From assembly GCA_965367815.1 (NCBI GenBank), contig CBDUKN010000005.1:32001-96000 (forward strand): a stretch of DNA of 64,000 nucleotides. Direction: 5' to 3'. The notes beneath the pieces are model-generated. The model was not told where the DNA came from. It saw only the letters and a program-made list of their open reading frames with translations, and searched no databases. This document shows, in pieces, positions 8,313-19,700 of the stretch (position 1 is the stretch's first letter; the number at the start of each line of letters is the position of its first letter). The translations under genes were made by a program, and so were the position numbers. Origin of the DNA: an uncultured Thermoprotei archaeon. GTDB lineage: Archaea > Thermoproteota > Thermoprotei > Thermofilales > B15-G2.

Positions 8313-11300
8313 ATGAAGGAATTATACAGAGCTCTAGTGCTACTGATGATACTTCTAGTATTTCTTCAGCCCGAAGTACTGGGCAAAGAAAATCCTTTTG
8401 ATCTTAGAAGCTTTATTTCTTCAATAGACTTCAATAGAGTGTGGAATTATACTAAAGTACTCTCTAGCTATAGATCTCGTGTACCAGGTTATCCAGGCTA
8501 CTATAAGGCAATTAGATTTATAGCTGAATACTTTAGGAAAATCGGCGTAGGGTATATTCTAGAGAATTTTTCTGTAACTTCTCCTATAGAAGAAAAAGTA
8601 TATATAAAGGTTATTGAGACAGGCGAAGTTTTAGAGGCTCATGCGCTTTGGCCCAACATGATTGTGACGTCTAATATTGATTACAAGGGGAGAATCGTTT
8701 ACGGAGGTAAAGGAAAGCTTCTTGATTTCAACGGAAGAGATTTAGAGGGATCTATTGTTTTACTGGATTTCAACTGTAGATGGTTCTGGACGAATGCTTT
8801 TTCCTTGGGTGCTAAAGCTGTAGTTTTCATAGAGAATAAGTCTACTTTGAGGTTCGATGCCTGGCTCAAAGTCTTTCATATGCCAGCATATTTTCCTAGA
8901 CTATATGTTGATAAAGAAGTGGGAGAAAAATTAATTGAGTACGCTGAAAAGGGGTATCATGTAAAAATATATTCTAAGGTCGAGTGGCGTGAAGTAACTG
9001 CTACAAATATTGTGGCCATGATTCCGGGAACAGATGTAATTTTGTCTAAGGAGGCTGTGTGTATAGTAGCTCATGTAGACTCTCTTTCTCCAGTTCCAGC
9101 AAAAGCTCCGGGGGCTTCAGAAGCATTTAACGTAGCTCTTGTACTTGAACTAGCTAGACTCTTCCTTAAGTTAAAGCCTAAGAGAAGTATAGCAATTTTG
9201 ATTACTGGGGCTCATGGCTTGGCTTTGGCTGGGGCTAGAGAATATGTTTCAGTGCATTTTAACGAACTTGGAGTTAGAATAAGGCTTGTAGTAGAGCTTG
9301 ATTTAGATTGGACAGGCTCAGAGCTAGCTGCACAGTACTATGGTTTGTTTTATAACTTGTTGGCCTTTGTTCCAGGCTATGAGGCTAGATATAGGTGGGT
9401 AAGAGACCGTATGATCAGATACATGGATTCGATAGATGAGGCTCTTGGAGAAAAAGTATTTGTATACGATACATTGTCGCTTACGTACTTCTTTTACGAG
9501 CCAATTCCCTGTTTCTTAGACAGCGAAGTATTCGCTTTAACAGGCATACCTGCTTTCACTTTAAGAACATTTTACAGCTTTAGACCATGGCTATACACGC
9601 CATATGATACTTTAGAGCATGCAGACATAGATTTTGCGGAAAAACAAGCTAAAATAGCTCTCTCTATCATCTATTGTTTTACAAAGGATTCAGAGAAAAT
9701 GCCTTCCTCAACCCCTACTACAAGAGGTGTAGGATACGGATTTTCGTACATAAAGGGAAGAGTGTATAGGTACAATAGAACAAAGGGGTGGTTTGAACCA
9801 GTTTCAGCTATAGTGGCTTTACCTATGTGGCCTTATCACATAGGAGTGCTAACAGACTCTAATGGGACTTTCATAATTAAGGGAGTGAGATACAGTGGAT
9901 ACTACTGGCTTTTAGGATTTAGGCTAAATGAAGAAGGAACTGTTGAAGCAGCTAATGAGTATGGTGGATTAGGGCCTGTACTGCCCATGCTTTTCGGTGT
10001 TAGTGTCTATAAGACTATTTCTGAAGTAAACATTAGAATAACTGACTGTGGCTCACTTGTTATTACTAATGCATATGATCCTAGGTTCTTTATTCCAGGA
10101 TATTTGTCTTTCTCGGTTCTTAATGCTACTTATCATACGGCGCTGATAAGCCGGGGGCCTCAATACTGGTACTGGTATTCTCAAGTACTTATTCTTCCAG
10201 CTGGCACAAGAATAGAAGTAGTTATGAAAAGAGGACTCGATGTAGTCGCAGTAATAAATAATGCTTCTCCCGAGAATCCTTTAGGAAAGGGCTACTCTAT
10301 TGAGAAAGGTAAGCAAATTTTGTTAGAGAACTTTCCTCTTGTGGCAGCAAGTACTCTTTATACAATACTAGACTATAGGATAAAGACGCTCAGAGTATAC
10401 AGCTATAGAGTTCTAGACTATCACAAAGAAGCAGGAGTCTTAATAAATGAAAGCAGAAGACTTCTAAGAGAGAAAAAGTATGGAGTAGCCTATGCGTCGA
10501 TGTTAAGAGCGTGGGCTATGGAGGCCCATGCGTATAATTCTTTCCAGTTTCTGTTAGGAGACATAGGTTTTGCACTAATAGTTATTGTTGTACTGCTTTT
10601 CATAGCTTCTATGAGATTGAAGCTTTTGTTTAGAAAGTCGTCTAATACTGTTGCATTTACTTGTTTTGCTTTATCGCTATTCGTAATTTCGCTATGTCAC
10701 CCGTCTGTAAGAGCATGCTCTTTAGGCCTCTTTATAGTTCCTTCAGCTGGAGCTCTGTTAGTAATAATAGTTGTTGTCATATCGCTACTTAAGACTTTTC
10801 TTTCTCAAATAATGAAGATTAAAAGAAAGCCTCCTAGAGTATTTTCTCGCAGAGTTTTTGCAGAAATACTTCTCTTATCTCTTGCCACTTCAGTAAGTTT
10901 CTTTATGTCTGGTAATCTTACATATGTAACTCATATAAGTGAAGCTAGGCTAGGGGCCAAAGGGTCTTATAGCGGCATAATGATAAGGACTTTTCCGTGG
11001 AGTGTTCTATGTGAGGCTGAATACGATATAATCAGGAGCGAAGTCAAAGCTCTCGGCGGGTACTCTTCTATGAGAGTATGGGCTTATCCTCACTATGGTG
11101 AAGTTCGAGTAAGCAATATGACTATTCTCAAAGCGTTCTTAGGGCTGGGATTAGAGGAAGTGAAGATATCGAACATAAAAAAAGCTATAGTCAAGGGAGG
11201 CTGGTTTAGTAGTGAATTCGCGAAGGAGTGTATAGTTAGCTCTTTCTTAGCTAAAACACTAAATATTAGTGTTGGAGACGAAGTTGTACTATATGGACTT

Positions 11301-12269
11301 AGGCTGAAAGTGGTAGGGATATTTAATGAAAGCATGTTGAGTGTATTTAAAGACCTAGACGGAGAGCTAATAACTCCGAGAGACATAATGATTCCTAGGA
11401 GTGAGGAAATTCCGGTACATACAGCTCCCAAGTACATAGTTATAGTGCCGGATGAACTAGCCCGCGAAATGGACGGCAATATTTATAGTGTAGCTATATC
11501 GTTTAACAACAGTAAGCTTTTAGTAGAGTACGCACGTCGTCTAGCTTATATCTTTGATGGAGTCTACGTTTATTTGTCAGTAGACGGTGAAAGATATATT
11601 GTCGCAGCTCATCATGCACTCGGATTCAAGATAATAAATCGGTTCTTCTTAATACTTGTACTTTTCTTTTCGTCAATTATTCTTATAGTCGCATCGGTAG
11701 AAAAGGAGTTTACTACATCTGATGCTCTTCAAGCAAGCTTCATAGGAGGAATCCTAGGCTATGTAGTACACTTAGCTTTAGCTGAACTTGGTTTATGTGA
11801 GCCTAGTGTCATAACTTTGGCGCCTATAGTTAGCTGTCTTATAGGCTTTGTTCCAGTTTCACTGTCGACGGCTTTCTCGAGGAAAGTAAGAGAATTAAGA
11901 GAAGCTGCTATAGAGGCAGTTCCAGTCGAATATAGGATTAAAATAGAAGAGCCTTTACCTAGAGCTCTTGATTTCATCGAAGAGGTCGTCAAAGAGGCTT
12001 TGACAGAAGAACACGGGTATTTGATTAAACGTAGAAAAAGAACAGGCGAGTATCTTGCTCTATTAGTTCAAATACTGCCTAGAGAACTTTTCCTCTTCTA
12101 TAAAATAGTATTTAAGCCAATTACAGTAGATGGAGAAACATATATAGTCTTAGAGATAGCAGGCAAAGGCCTAGGTGCTAAGAAAATTAAAAGACGTATT
12201 GTACCCGATATAGTTGAGCTTATTGAAAACAAGTTGAGGGAAAAAGAGGGTGAGAAGCTTGAGGAGTAG
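8313..12269 (+). CDS. Large membrane protein: signal peptide, PA/M28 peptidase-like ectodomain, carboxypeptidase-regulatory-like beta-sandwich, TM block, MacB/FtsX-like periplasmic core and TM block
   Basis: Signal peptide; SRVPGYPG; NIVAMIPG; VAHVDS; PGASEA; TPYDT; VLTDSNGTFII; GGWFS...LAKTLNISVGDEV...LKVVGIF...DLDGE (MacB core); multiple hydrophobic segments. Confidence 0.8.
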   Translation: MKELYRALVLLMILLVFLQPEVLGKENPFDLRSFISSIDFNRVWNYTKVLSSYRSRVPGYPGYYKAIRFIAEYFRKIGVGYILENFSVTSPIEEKVYIKVIETGEVLEAHALWPNMIVTSNIDYKGRIVYGGKGKLLDFNGRDLEGSIVLLDFNCRWFWTNAFSLGAKAVVFIENKSTLRFDAWLKVFHMPAYFPRLYVDKEVGEKLIEYAEKGYHVKIYSKVEWREVTATNIVAMIPGTDVILSKEAVCIVAHVDSLSPVPAKAPGASEAFNVALVLELARLFLKLKPKRSIAILITGAHGLALAGAREYVSVHFNELGVRIRLVVELDLDWTGSELAAQYYGLFYNLLAFVPGYEARYRWVRDRMIRYMDSIDEALGEKVFVYDTLSLTYFFYEPIPCFLDSEVFALTGIPAFTLRTFYSFRPWLYTPYDTLEHADIDFAEKQAKIALSIIYCFTKDSEKMPSSTPTTRGVGYGFSYIKGRVYRYNRTKGWFEPVSAIVALPMWPYHIGVLTDSNGTFIIKGVRYSGYYWLLGFRLNEEGTVEAANEYGGLGPVLPMLFGVSVYKTISEVNIRITDCGSLVITNAYDPRFFIPGYLSFSVLNATYHTALISRGPQYWYWYSQVLILPAGTRIEVVMKRGLDVVAVINNASPENPLGKGYSIEKGKQILLENFPLVAASTLYTILDYRIKTLRVYSYRVLDYHKEAGVLINESRRLLREKKYGVAYASMLRAWAMEAHAYNSFQFLLGDIGFALIVIVVLLFIASMRLKLLFRKSSNTVAFTCFALSLFVISLCHPSVRACSLGLFIVPSAGALLVIIVVVISLLKTFLSQIMKIKRKPPRVFSRRVFAEILLLSLATSVSFFMSGNLTYVTHISEARLGAKGSYSGIMIRTFPWSVLCEAEYDIIRSEVKALGGYSSMRVWAYPHYGEVRVSNMTILKAFLGLGLEEVKISNIKKAIVKGGWFSSEFAKECIVSSFLAKTLNISVGDEVVLYGLRLKVVGIFNESMLSVFKDLDGELITPRDIMIPRSEEIPVHTAPKYIVIVPDELAREMDGNIYSVAISFNNSKLLVEYARRLAYIFDGVYVYLSVDGERYIVAAHHALGFKIINRFFLILVLFFSSIILIVASVEKEFTTSDALQASFIGGILGYVVHLALAELGLCEPSVITLAPIVSCLIGFVPVSLSTAFSRKVRELREAAIEAVPVEYRIKIEEPLPRALDFIEEVVKEALTEEHGYLIKRRKRTGEYLALLVQILPRELFLFYKIVFKPITVDGETYIVLEIAGKGLGAKKIKRRIVPDIVELIENKLREKEGEKLEE

Positions 12270-14091
12270 TGCAGTTTTTCTTATTCTCTTTATTCTCTCA
12301 GCGATAATTATTCCTCTAATACTTTACTCGAATCTAATAGGAGCGGGATTTTCACAAATAAACGCTTGGCTTATAGTAATAGCTGTTTCAGAAATAGCTC
12401 TTTGGCTAGGGAAAAGGCTTACTCGAAGTGAAGCATTCTTAATACAGGTACTATTGCCTGTTATTACTGGTCAAGCTCTTCTATTCTACAATATTCTCTA
12501 CTACAGCTATATAGTGTGGAGCCCTTTCTCGAAAGAGTTCAGTTTCACCAAAATTATATGGTGGTTTCCCCAAGAGCCATTAGTAGCTTTGAATATAAGA
12601 AGTTTCATTCAGCCTACTTTTGCTCCTATAGTAGCGATTTTTGTTACAACATCTCTTATTAGTACTGTATCGGGACTTGCTTTAGGTTATATAGGATATG
12701 AATTACTGGTAGTCAAAGAGAAGCTTGACTTTCCTATGCAAGTAGCTGTAGCTGATGGTCTTTCAGCAGTAGTAGGAGAAGACCCCGTTAAAGTCAAGTT
12801 TTTCTCTATATCAGCCATTATAGGTATACTTTATGCAACATTAACTACACTAATACCTATTCTTGCTATGCGCCAAGTGCCTGCTCTGCTACCAATATTT
12901 ACCTACGACTTGACTCTAGTGGTAGAACATTTTCTTCCCGGAGCTACTTTAGGCATAGACTTTAATCTGCTTACATTCTCTTCAGGTCTAGTTATTCCTA
13001 TTAAAAGAGCTTTATGCCTGCTCATAGGCTCTCTCTTAGTATATGTAATCGGGAATCATTTGCTCGTAGTGACAGGCTACTGGACTAGTAGCCCTATAGG
13101 CAGATGGATGCCTGGGTCAAATATTTCCTACTGTATTAGATGGTCGTCGTTCAATTTCTGGACAAGCTTCAACATAGGTGTGGCTCTCTCTGCTGCACTA
13201 ATACCGCTTATTTTGAAGAGAGAAGTTGTCAAAGAAGTGTTCTCTACTATAGCTCAAGTAACTAAAGGTAAGGGAGGGTATGCTTCAAGAGCTCTTTTAC
13301 TGTTTATAGCTCTTTCTTTCTTAAATATCATGCTACTAGTGTTAGCTTTACCGGAGTTTCCCGTGTATTTAGTGGCATGTTTCATGCTACTATGGCCACT
13401 AGTCTCTACACTAGTATCAGCTAGCTCTATAGGTGCCTCAGTCTACAGCTTTAACATACCTTATGTCAAAGAAGGACTCATAATAGCGTCGAAGTATAAG
13501 GGTCTTGACGTGTGGATTTATCCGCTATACCTTGATCCAGGAGGAGCAGGATATACTGCTAACATGAAGACTTCTGTACTCTGTGGAGTAAAGCCAGGAG
13601 ACTACATCAAGTACACAGTGTTAGCAGTAATTATGGGCATAGCTCTCAGCTTTATTTTTACTACAATCCTGTGGTATATACATCCTATTCCATCATGGAG
13701 CTACCCTGCTACAGCATATAACTGGCAGATATCGGCCTATAATTTCCTCTTAAACATCTCGTGGATGAGTCACGGCGAGATCATTAAGCCGCATATAATA
13801 CTACTGGGAGTAATTATAGGAGGCATAGGCTATATTACAGCATATATCTTCAAAAAGGAAGCCCTTTTCTTCTCACTAGTAGCAGGTCTATCGCTAGCTC
13901 CTTCAGCTGCTCTAACAACATTCATAGGATCTCTAGTCAGTAGCCAGCTAATGTCGAGAATATATAAAGATAAGTGGCAAGAATATGTAGGAAGCGTGAC
14001 TTCAGGTTTAACTGCGGGCTGGGGAGCTGTTAGTTCATTTGCTTCAATAATAGCTTTTATCCAGAGGGGAGTATGGGTACTGCCATATTAA
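12250..14091 (+). CDS. OPT (oligopeptide transporter)-like polytopic membrane protein
   Basis: Many TM helices and the EKLDFPM motif of OPT-like families; overlaps the upstream gene by 20 nt. Confidence 0.7.
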   Translation: MRSLRSSAVFLILFILSAIIIPLILYSNLIGAGFSQINAWLIVIAVSEIALWLGKRLTRSEAFLIQVLLPVITGQALLFYNILYYSYIVWSPFSKEFSFTKIIWWFPQEPLVALNIRSFIQPTFAPIVAIFVTTSLISTVSGLALGYIGYELLVVKEKLDFPMQVAVADGLSAVVGEDPVKVKFFSISAIIGILYATLTTLIPILAMRQVPALLPIFTYDLTLVVEHFLPGATLGIDFNLLTFSSGLVIPIKRALCLLIGSLLVYVIGNHLLVVTGYWTSSPIGRWMPGSNISYCIRWSSFNFWTSFNIGVALSAALIPLILKREVVKEVFSTIAQVTKGKGGYASRALLLFIALSFLNIMLLVLALPEFPVYLVACFMLLWPLVSTLVSASSIGASVYSFNIPYVKEGLIIASKYKGLDVWIYPLYLDPGGAGYTANMKTSVLCGVKPGDYIKYTVLAVIMGIALSFIFTTILWYIHPIPSWSYPATAYNWQISAYNFLLNISWMSHGEIIKPHIILLGVIIGGIGYITAYIFKKEALFFSLVAGLSLAPSAALTTFIGSLVSSQLMSRIYKDKWQEYVGSVTSGLTAGWGAVSSFASIIAFIQRGVWVLPY

Positions 14092-16037
14092 AGCAAGACA
14101 GGATAAGAATATTGAGGAATTACGCACTGGTAGTGTTTATTTCAGCGACTTTATCCTCTATTTCAGTTAGAATGATATGTATTAGAGGTGCGGGACTAGG
14201 ATTAATGCTGCCTGTATACTTAAATTCATCAGCTATATTGCTGTTCTTCCTTCTGGCTATTCTCTCTGATCTTTTGCTAGAGCTAGGCTTTAAGCCCAGC
14301 AAATTCGATGTAGCTTTAGTCTATATATCAATATATGTGTCTACTTCTATTGGAGGAATATGGCTTCTAGCGGGATCTATCGGCAGAGCAATGTTTCTTT
14401 CTTATCAAGAACCCTTTAGATCGCTTACAGCTGAATATAGGCCGTACTTCTGGGCACCGCCCGGAAAGTACTTAGCTAAACTCATGGCATCTCCTATGTC
14501 TATTGACTGGAGCGTATGGACTGTACCTCTTCTTTACTGGTTTTCGTTAGCTTTCTTAGCATGCTTACTAGCTATTTCGGCAGGCCGTATTCTAGCACCA
14601 GTATTGGTAGATTTAGAGGAAATGCCGTTCCCTACAATTACATTATACAGAGGAATTAGAGATTCTTTCAAGAGGGATGGACTCATAAGAAGAATTTTCC
14701 TATACTCTGCGCTAGTGTCATTTTTGATAAACTTGCCGGCTTTAATTCGACTAGCAGTACCATGGTTCCCCCTGTTTCCGTTCCCTCAGGCCTATGGATA
14801 TACTATGACCATAGATTTAGCGGCCGTAAGAGAGCTCAGAGTATTTATTGCGCAAAACGCGGTTTTAGTTTTATCAATTAATCCGCTGTGGATTGCTGCA
14901 TGCTATTTGCTTCCACTGGATACTCTGCTAACGTGGTGGATTTTTTACATAATTTTTAATGTTGTGTACCCGCTACTAGCTGTTTACTCGAATCTGCTCC
15001 CTCCACTAACACTACCCTTTGGAGCTCGACGAATATGGGTCTTGCAAAACTTTCGATATGGATTGTTCATGCCGTATATAGCTATTACAGTCGGAGGACT
15101 TATTTCCTTAGGAGTAGTCTCTATAGCAAAACTATTCTTATTAGCTAAAAGAACTACACGGAAATTTCTCCTTTTAATTGCTTTAGCTATAGCGGGACTC
15201 TCAGTACTATCCGCTGTAAACAGATTTTCTCTAGGGCTTATTGTGTTCTCGCTACTTTCTACAATACTTGCTATGGCCATTTACTTAGGCATTCTTTCAC
15301 TTGTAGGAGAGAGCTTTATATTACCTGTAATGCTTGCAAGACCATTTAACGCGGCACTAGGACAGTACTTGAGCGAATACATAGGTTTATCTACGTCGCA
15401 GGCTTTCGTGCCAGTACATGTTCTCGGAGTACTGCTTCTCGGCGAAGCCTCCTACTCTATTCTGGCTCCGGGAGTAGCTCTACTTGAAAGCTATCGACTA
15501 ATAGCGTCGCCAAGGTATAGGCCTAGAGAAGTCAGAGTACTTAGAAATAGTCTAGCTAAGCTAACTATATTGTCGGTGGCAGTTTCGCTTTTCTCAGCGT
15601 ACTATACTATGATTTCAACAGCACATGAATACAGTATAGGGAGCTTACCCGGCCTTAAGACAATAGTCTTCGAGTACGGTAAAGCTGAAGCAGACTTCTT
15701 AATGGACGCCGCTAAAATAATGGTCAGCGAAAATTGGTGGACAAGTCTAGTACTCGGTATGCTGTTCTTATCTATAGTCTCGCTGATAAGGCTTAAAATA
15801 CTCGCTTTCCCCATATGCCCTGTAGGACTAGTTTTATCTACTTCAGAGTTATCGCTTTACGGAATGTGGTTTTCAGCTCTGCTTGCTTACATACTCAAGA
15901 GAACTACTCTGGCTTTAGGAGGACCAAGGCTTTATATGAGAGAAGGTAGGGCTATTGCAGTAGGAGTAATTTTAGGTTACTCATTAAGCTACATAGCGTC
16001 GTCTGCACTCAGTTTCGCTTTATACTTTATTCACTAG
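14073..16037 (+). CDS. Second OPT-like (DUF6785-like) polytopic membrane protein
   Basis: IDWSVWTVPLLYW, EEMPFP, FPICPVG and GGPRLY...IAVGVILG pattern; overlaps the upstream gene by 19 nt. Confidence 0.65.
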   Translation: MGTAILKQDRIRILRNYALVVFISATLSSISVRMICIRGAGLGLMLPVYLNSSAILLFFLLAILSDLLLELGFKPSKFDVALVYISIYVSTSIGGIWLLAGSIGRAMFLSYQEPFRSLTAEYRPYFWAPPGKYLAKLMASPMSIDWSVWTVPLLYWFSLAFLACLLAISAGRILAPVLVDLEEMPFPTITLYRGIRDSFKRDGLIRRIFLYSALVSFLINLPALIRLAVPWFPLFPFPQAYGYTMTIDLAAVRELRVFIAQNAVLVLSINPLWIAACYLLPLDTLLTWWIFYIIFNVVYPLLAVYSNLLPPLTLPFGARRIWVLQNFRYGLFMPYIAITVGGLISLGVVSIAKLFLLAKRTTRKFLLLIALAIAGLSVLSAVNRFSLGLIVFSLLSTILAMAIYLGILSLVGESFILPVMLARPFNAALGQYLSEYIGLSTSQAFVPVHVLGVLLLGEASYSILAPGVALLESYRLIASPRYRPREVRVLRNSLAKLTILSVAVSLFSAYYTMISTAHEYSIGSLPGLKTIVFEYGKAEADFLMDAAKIMVSENWWTSLVLGMLFLSIVSLIRLKILAFPICPVGLVLSTSELSLYGMWFSALLAYILKRTTLALGGPRLYMREGRAIAVGVILGYSLSYIASSALSFALYFIH

Positions 16038-16142
16038 TGCTTGGATACTAATGCTGAAGTCTTCTTCTCAGTATAGTGCTACTAGTCATAAAGAAAATTA
16101 GTGTTGTGTATAGTAAACAAATAAATATTTGTTAAAATAAAA

Positions 16143-16460
16143 ATGCCTGTGGAAATACCTCAGCAGGTACTCTCAAGAATGCAGCAACATATTAGGAAAG
16201 AAATAGTAGATTTATGTAAAAAAGAAGGAGTAACTAATATTCTCTACACAAAAGTAGGTATAGTTGAGAGAGATGGCAGAATGATGCTTTATGTTAAAAT
16301 AAAGCCGAAAGGCAAAATACCTTATGAGCTCTTAGATAAAATAGCTAAGTTAATGAGGATGAAGTACACAAGAAAAATACTCGTTGATTCTCCTCACTTA
16401 TATGCAATAAGGCTTAGTGGAGAGTTAAGAAAAGAAGTATTTAAAAGATTTAAAAAATAG
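16143..16460 (+). CDS. Small basic hypothetical protein
   Basis: 105-aa ORF with typical codon usage, AT-rich upstream region, K/R-rich. Confidence 0.6.
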   Translation: MPVEIPQQVLSRMQQHIRKEIVDLCKKEGVTNILYTKVGIVERDGRMMLYVKIKPKGKIPYELLDKIAKLMRMKYTRKILVDSPHLYAIRLSGELRKEVFKRFKK

Positions 16461-16474
16461 AGATGTGCTTGCAG

Positions 16475-16624
16475 TCACTTTAAATACTTTAACACTATTT
16501 CGCCTTCTTTGAGAAATACTTGTATCTTAGATCCTGCTTTTAAGCCGAGTTTTACTCTGATATCTTTAGGAATTACTATACGTCCTTTTGAATCCATTTT
16601 GACGACGTAGACATCTTCGTCCAT
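16475..16624 (-). CDS. Stand-alone AbrB/MazE/SpoVT DNA-binding protein (49 aa)
   Basis: Manual translation MDEDVYVVKMDSKGRIVIPKDIRVKLGLKAGSKIQVFLKEGEIVLKYLK; classic DSKGRIVIPKxIR signature; absent from the ORF track. Confidence 0.85.
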   Translation of the reverse strand: MDEDVYVVKMDSKGRIVIPKDIRVKLGLKAGSKIQVFLKEGEIVLKYLK

Positions 16625-16747
16625 TTAAATCCCACGCACATTAACTAGCCATCTAAATATTTTTTCCTACTCTTTTCAAGAGGGCTTCTAAAGATCTCTA
16701 CATGGAACACATTTATTACTCCGCTGAGAAAAACTCTAGCAGAGATT

Positions 16748-19700
16748 ATGAGAAATAAAGCCGCTATTGTTATTATTGTCTGGCTAGTTCTACTACCAGT
16801 CTTCTCAAAATTTATAGCTCATCCCTCCTCATCTACTATTAAAATTACTTTCATAGATGAGGACTCAGAAAACCCTGTTGTTGGAGTTTTCTTGATGAAG
16901 AGCGGAAATAAATGGTTATATGTTAAGACAAATAATAGAGGTGAAATAATTGTTAACAAGAACAGTTTAATTTATGGCCCAAGAATATCTCCTAAACCAT
17001 ATTTTCCAATAAAGATAATAGCCTTAAAGAACACTACTATAAAACTAAAGAAAGCATACTTCATTGTAATGAAAAAATACTTAGCTCTATATAATCCATA
17101 TGAAAAAATAGAAAAAATTTCTCCTATTGGAGCTATCTCCTTTGAAGTAAATAATATGAGATTTGGCTATAAGAGCGACGCAAGATATCTTGGACTTAAC
17201 TCTTCAACAGTACTAGTTCCAGTAAGCGGGGAAATCATATTAATAAAAACGAATAACTTTATATTAAGTATAAATGCCACTCAAGCAAAATGGGGTGATT
17301 ATATTGAATTAGATTTAGGGAAAGTCAGCTGCAAATATAACAAGATATTCTTAGATAACTCTATAGCCAAGCTAAAAGAACAAATGAGTATACTAGAAAG
17401 AAAAGGTATTTACGTGGGGTTCTGTAAAACACTATTTGAACAGCTGATTGAACTTAAAAATAAAGCTGAAGAATTCTATAAACGCGGAAACTGGGAAGAA
17501 GCCCTTGTCGCCTATAAGAAAGCTTTTCTAATATATGGCGATATAGTAAACAGAATTAATGTTCTTAGTACTAGATCAACTTTAACTGTTCCTACTATAT
17601 CATTAGTTCTAGTTTTTCTTTCATACTTCTTGGCTTCATTTATAACTGACAAGAAGTTCAAGAAAATATTATTATATTCTTGCATATACTTTATATTACT
17701 GTTAATTATATTTGCAGTATATCCTATTTTACTTGAAGGAAATCCCTATCTTACGATATCTCCTTTATTCATATACCTATTCTCTCTGATAATCTTTATA
17801 TTATCTGAAAAGATACCTGACCATTATATCAGAGAAGGATTTTCTTTCGCCGCTGCTACTTCAGCTTCTCTATCAATAGTTTTAAGGGAGAATAGGAGAC
17901 GTAAATTGAGGTTAACCTTAACTTTGTTAACTATAGCTCTTGTAGCGTTTGCTGTACATACTTTAAACACTTTAACTATTATTCAGTGGTTCTATGAAAA
18001 GGAAGTAGCTTATGTATCTTCAGCATACAATGGAAGTATCTTAGTGACAAAACTTAAAGAAAGTGTATTTCCATATTATTCTCTTTCAATAGTATTTGTA
18101 AGAACTATTTCGAATATAGATTCTCCTCAAATAATTTGTATTAAACGTGAATCTTCGCCTTATTCTAAAGAGTTTAAAATAAGTTATGGCGAAAAAGAAG
18201 TATATGCACTAGGAGCTATAAGCTTTACATCCGAAGTAAAGTATTTTCTCCCTCTAAAAGAAGCCGTAATAGAGGGTAAAATTCCAAGTCAGGAAAGTGA
18301 AGTTCTCTTAAGTCAAACAATGGCGAGTGCCCTTGGAGCAAAGTGCGGAGATAAAGTATCTATTAATGGTATTGAGGCCACTGTTGTAGGAATATTTGAT
18401 GAAGATAAACTTAGTGAAATAAGAGACCTTGATGGAGGAAAGATATTGCCAGTAATGATAACTCGGGAAGAAGGGTCATGGAGACTTGAAGTAATTCCTG
18501 CCAAATACACTATTATCTGTTCCGAGTTACTAGGAGAACGCCTTAAACTGCCGCGCTACAAAATCTACGTAAAAGTTTTGGGAAATCCAGAAGACTACGC
18601 AAGAAAAGCCGCTATTTTAACCGGTTCGTTGGTTTTCATAAACATGGGAGGAAAAGTAAAGTACTATACTGTATCTACAGTTATTGTAGTTAAGGGAGAG
18701 TCTCTTATTATTCCGATAGTGATTGCTCTTCTAACAGTATTTGTTTCAATAATGGAGAATGTATATGAAAGAAAAAGAGAAATAAGTATACTAGCATCCT
18801 TAGGTCTAAATCCATCGAATATAGCTTATCTCTTTTCGCTCGAAGGAGCAGTCTTGGGTTTTGTGGGATCTGCTCTCGGAATGTTTGCAGGATTTATTGC
18901 ATTTAAAGCATTTAGTTTAGCGGAAGTACTTGTTCCAGTAGACTTTAAGTTATCTCCAGTAGAACTATTGTTTACAGTAGTTGCAGCAACGCTAGTATCG
19001 ATTACTGCGTCTCTTCCTCCGGCGCTAAAAGCGTCGGTCATGGTTACTCCTAGTCTTGAAAGACGTTGGAAACTAGAAGAACAGAAAGATTTCATTGAAA
19101 GAGGATTGACACAAACACTTCCAATAAGAATACCAGCAAATAGAGTAGAAGACTTTGTGAACTATGTAGTAAGCAAGTTCAGAGAACTGAGTACAGGTCT
19201 TTTGCAGAAAGTAGACTTAATTTCTGTGGAAAAAATAGGTGAAGAATACAGAATATTATTCAAGTACTACAAGGGAAGCGATATTAGCTATAAGTCGTGT
19301 TTTACTGAGAATACTTTAATATTATATAAGATCAGTGATAATGTCTACGGAGCTAAGGCTACATCAAAGCCTGTTACCCAGCACAGTAAGCTGGGACTCT
19401 ACTATGTTCATGAAACACTATCTTTTCTACGTAAAATAGCCTTGGAGTGGAGTTCGAGAGCCACACGAATACTCGTGGCTCTAGGAGAAAACCCTGCAGT
19501 ACTATACACTATAGTGAAAAAATATGACCCGTATGAAGTAATAGTTCTAACTACTCCTGAGCGCATAGAAACAGTATCAAATGCTAAGAAAATTCTTGTA
19601 AAAGAAAAAATTCGAGTACCTGCTATTAGAGTCTATTCATTATCTTCCCTAAGCGAGTTATTTAAACTAAAGGAAGACTTAAGAATTTTACTAAGTGAAG

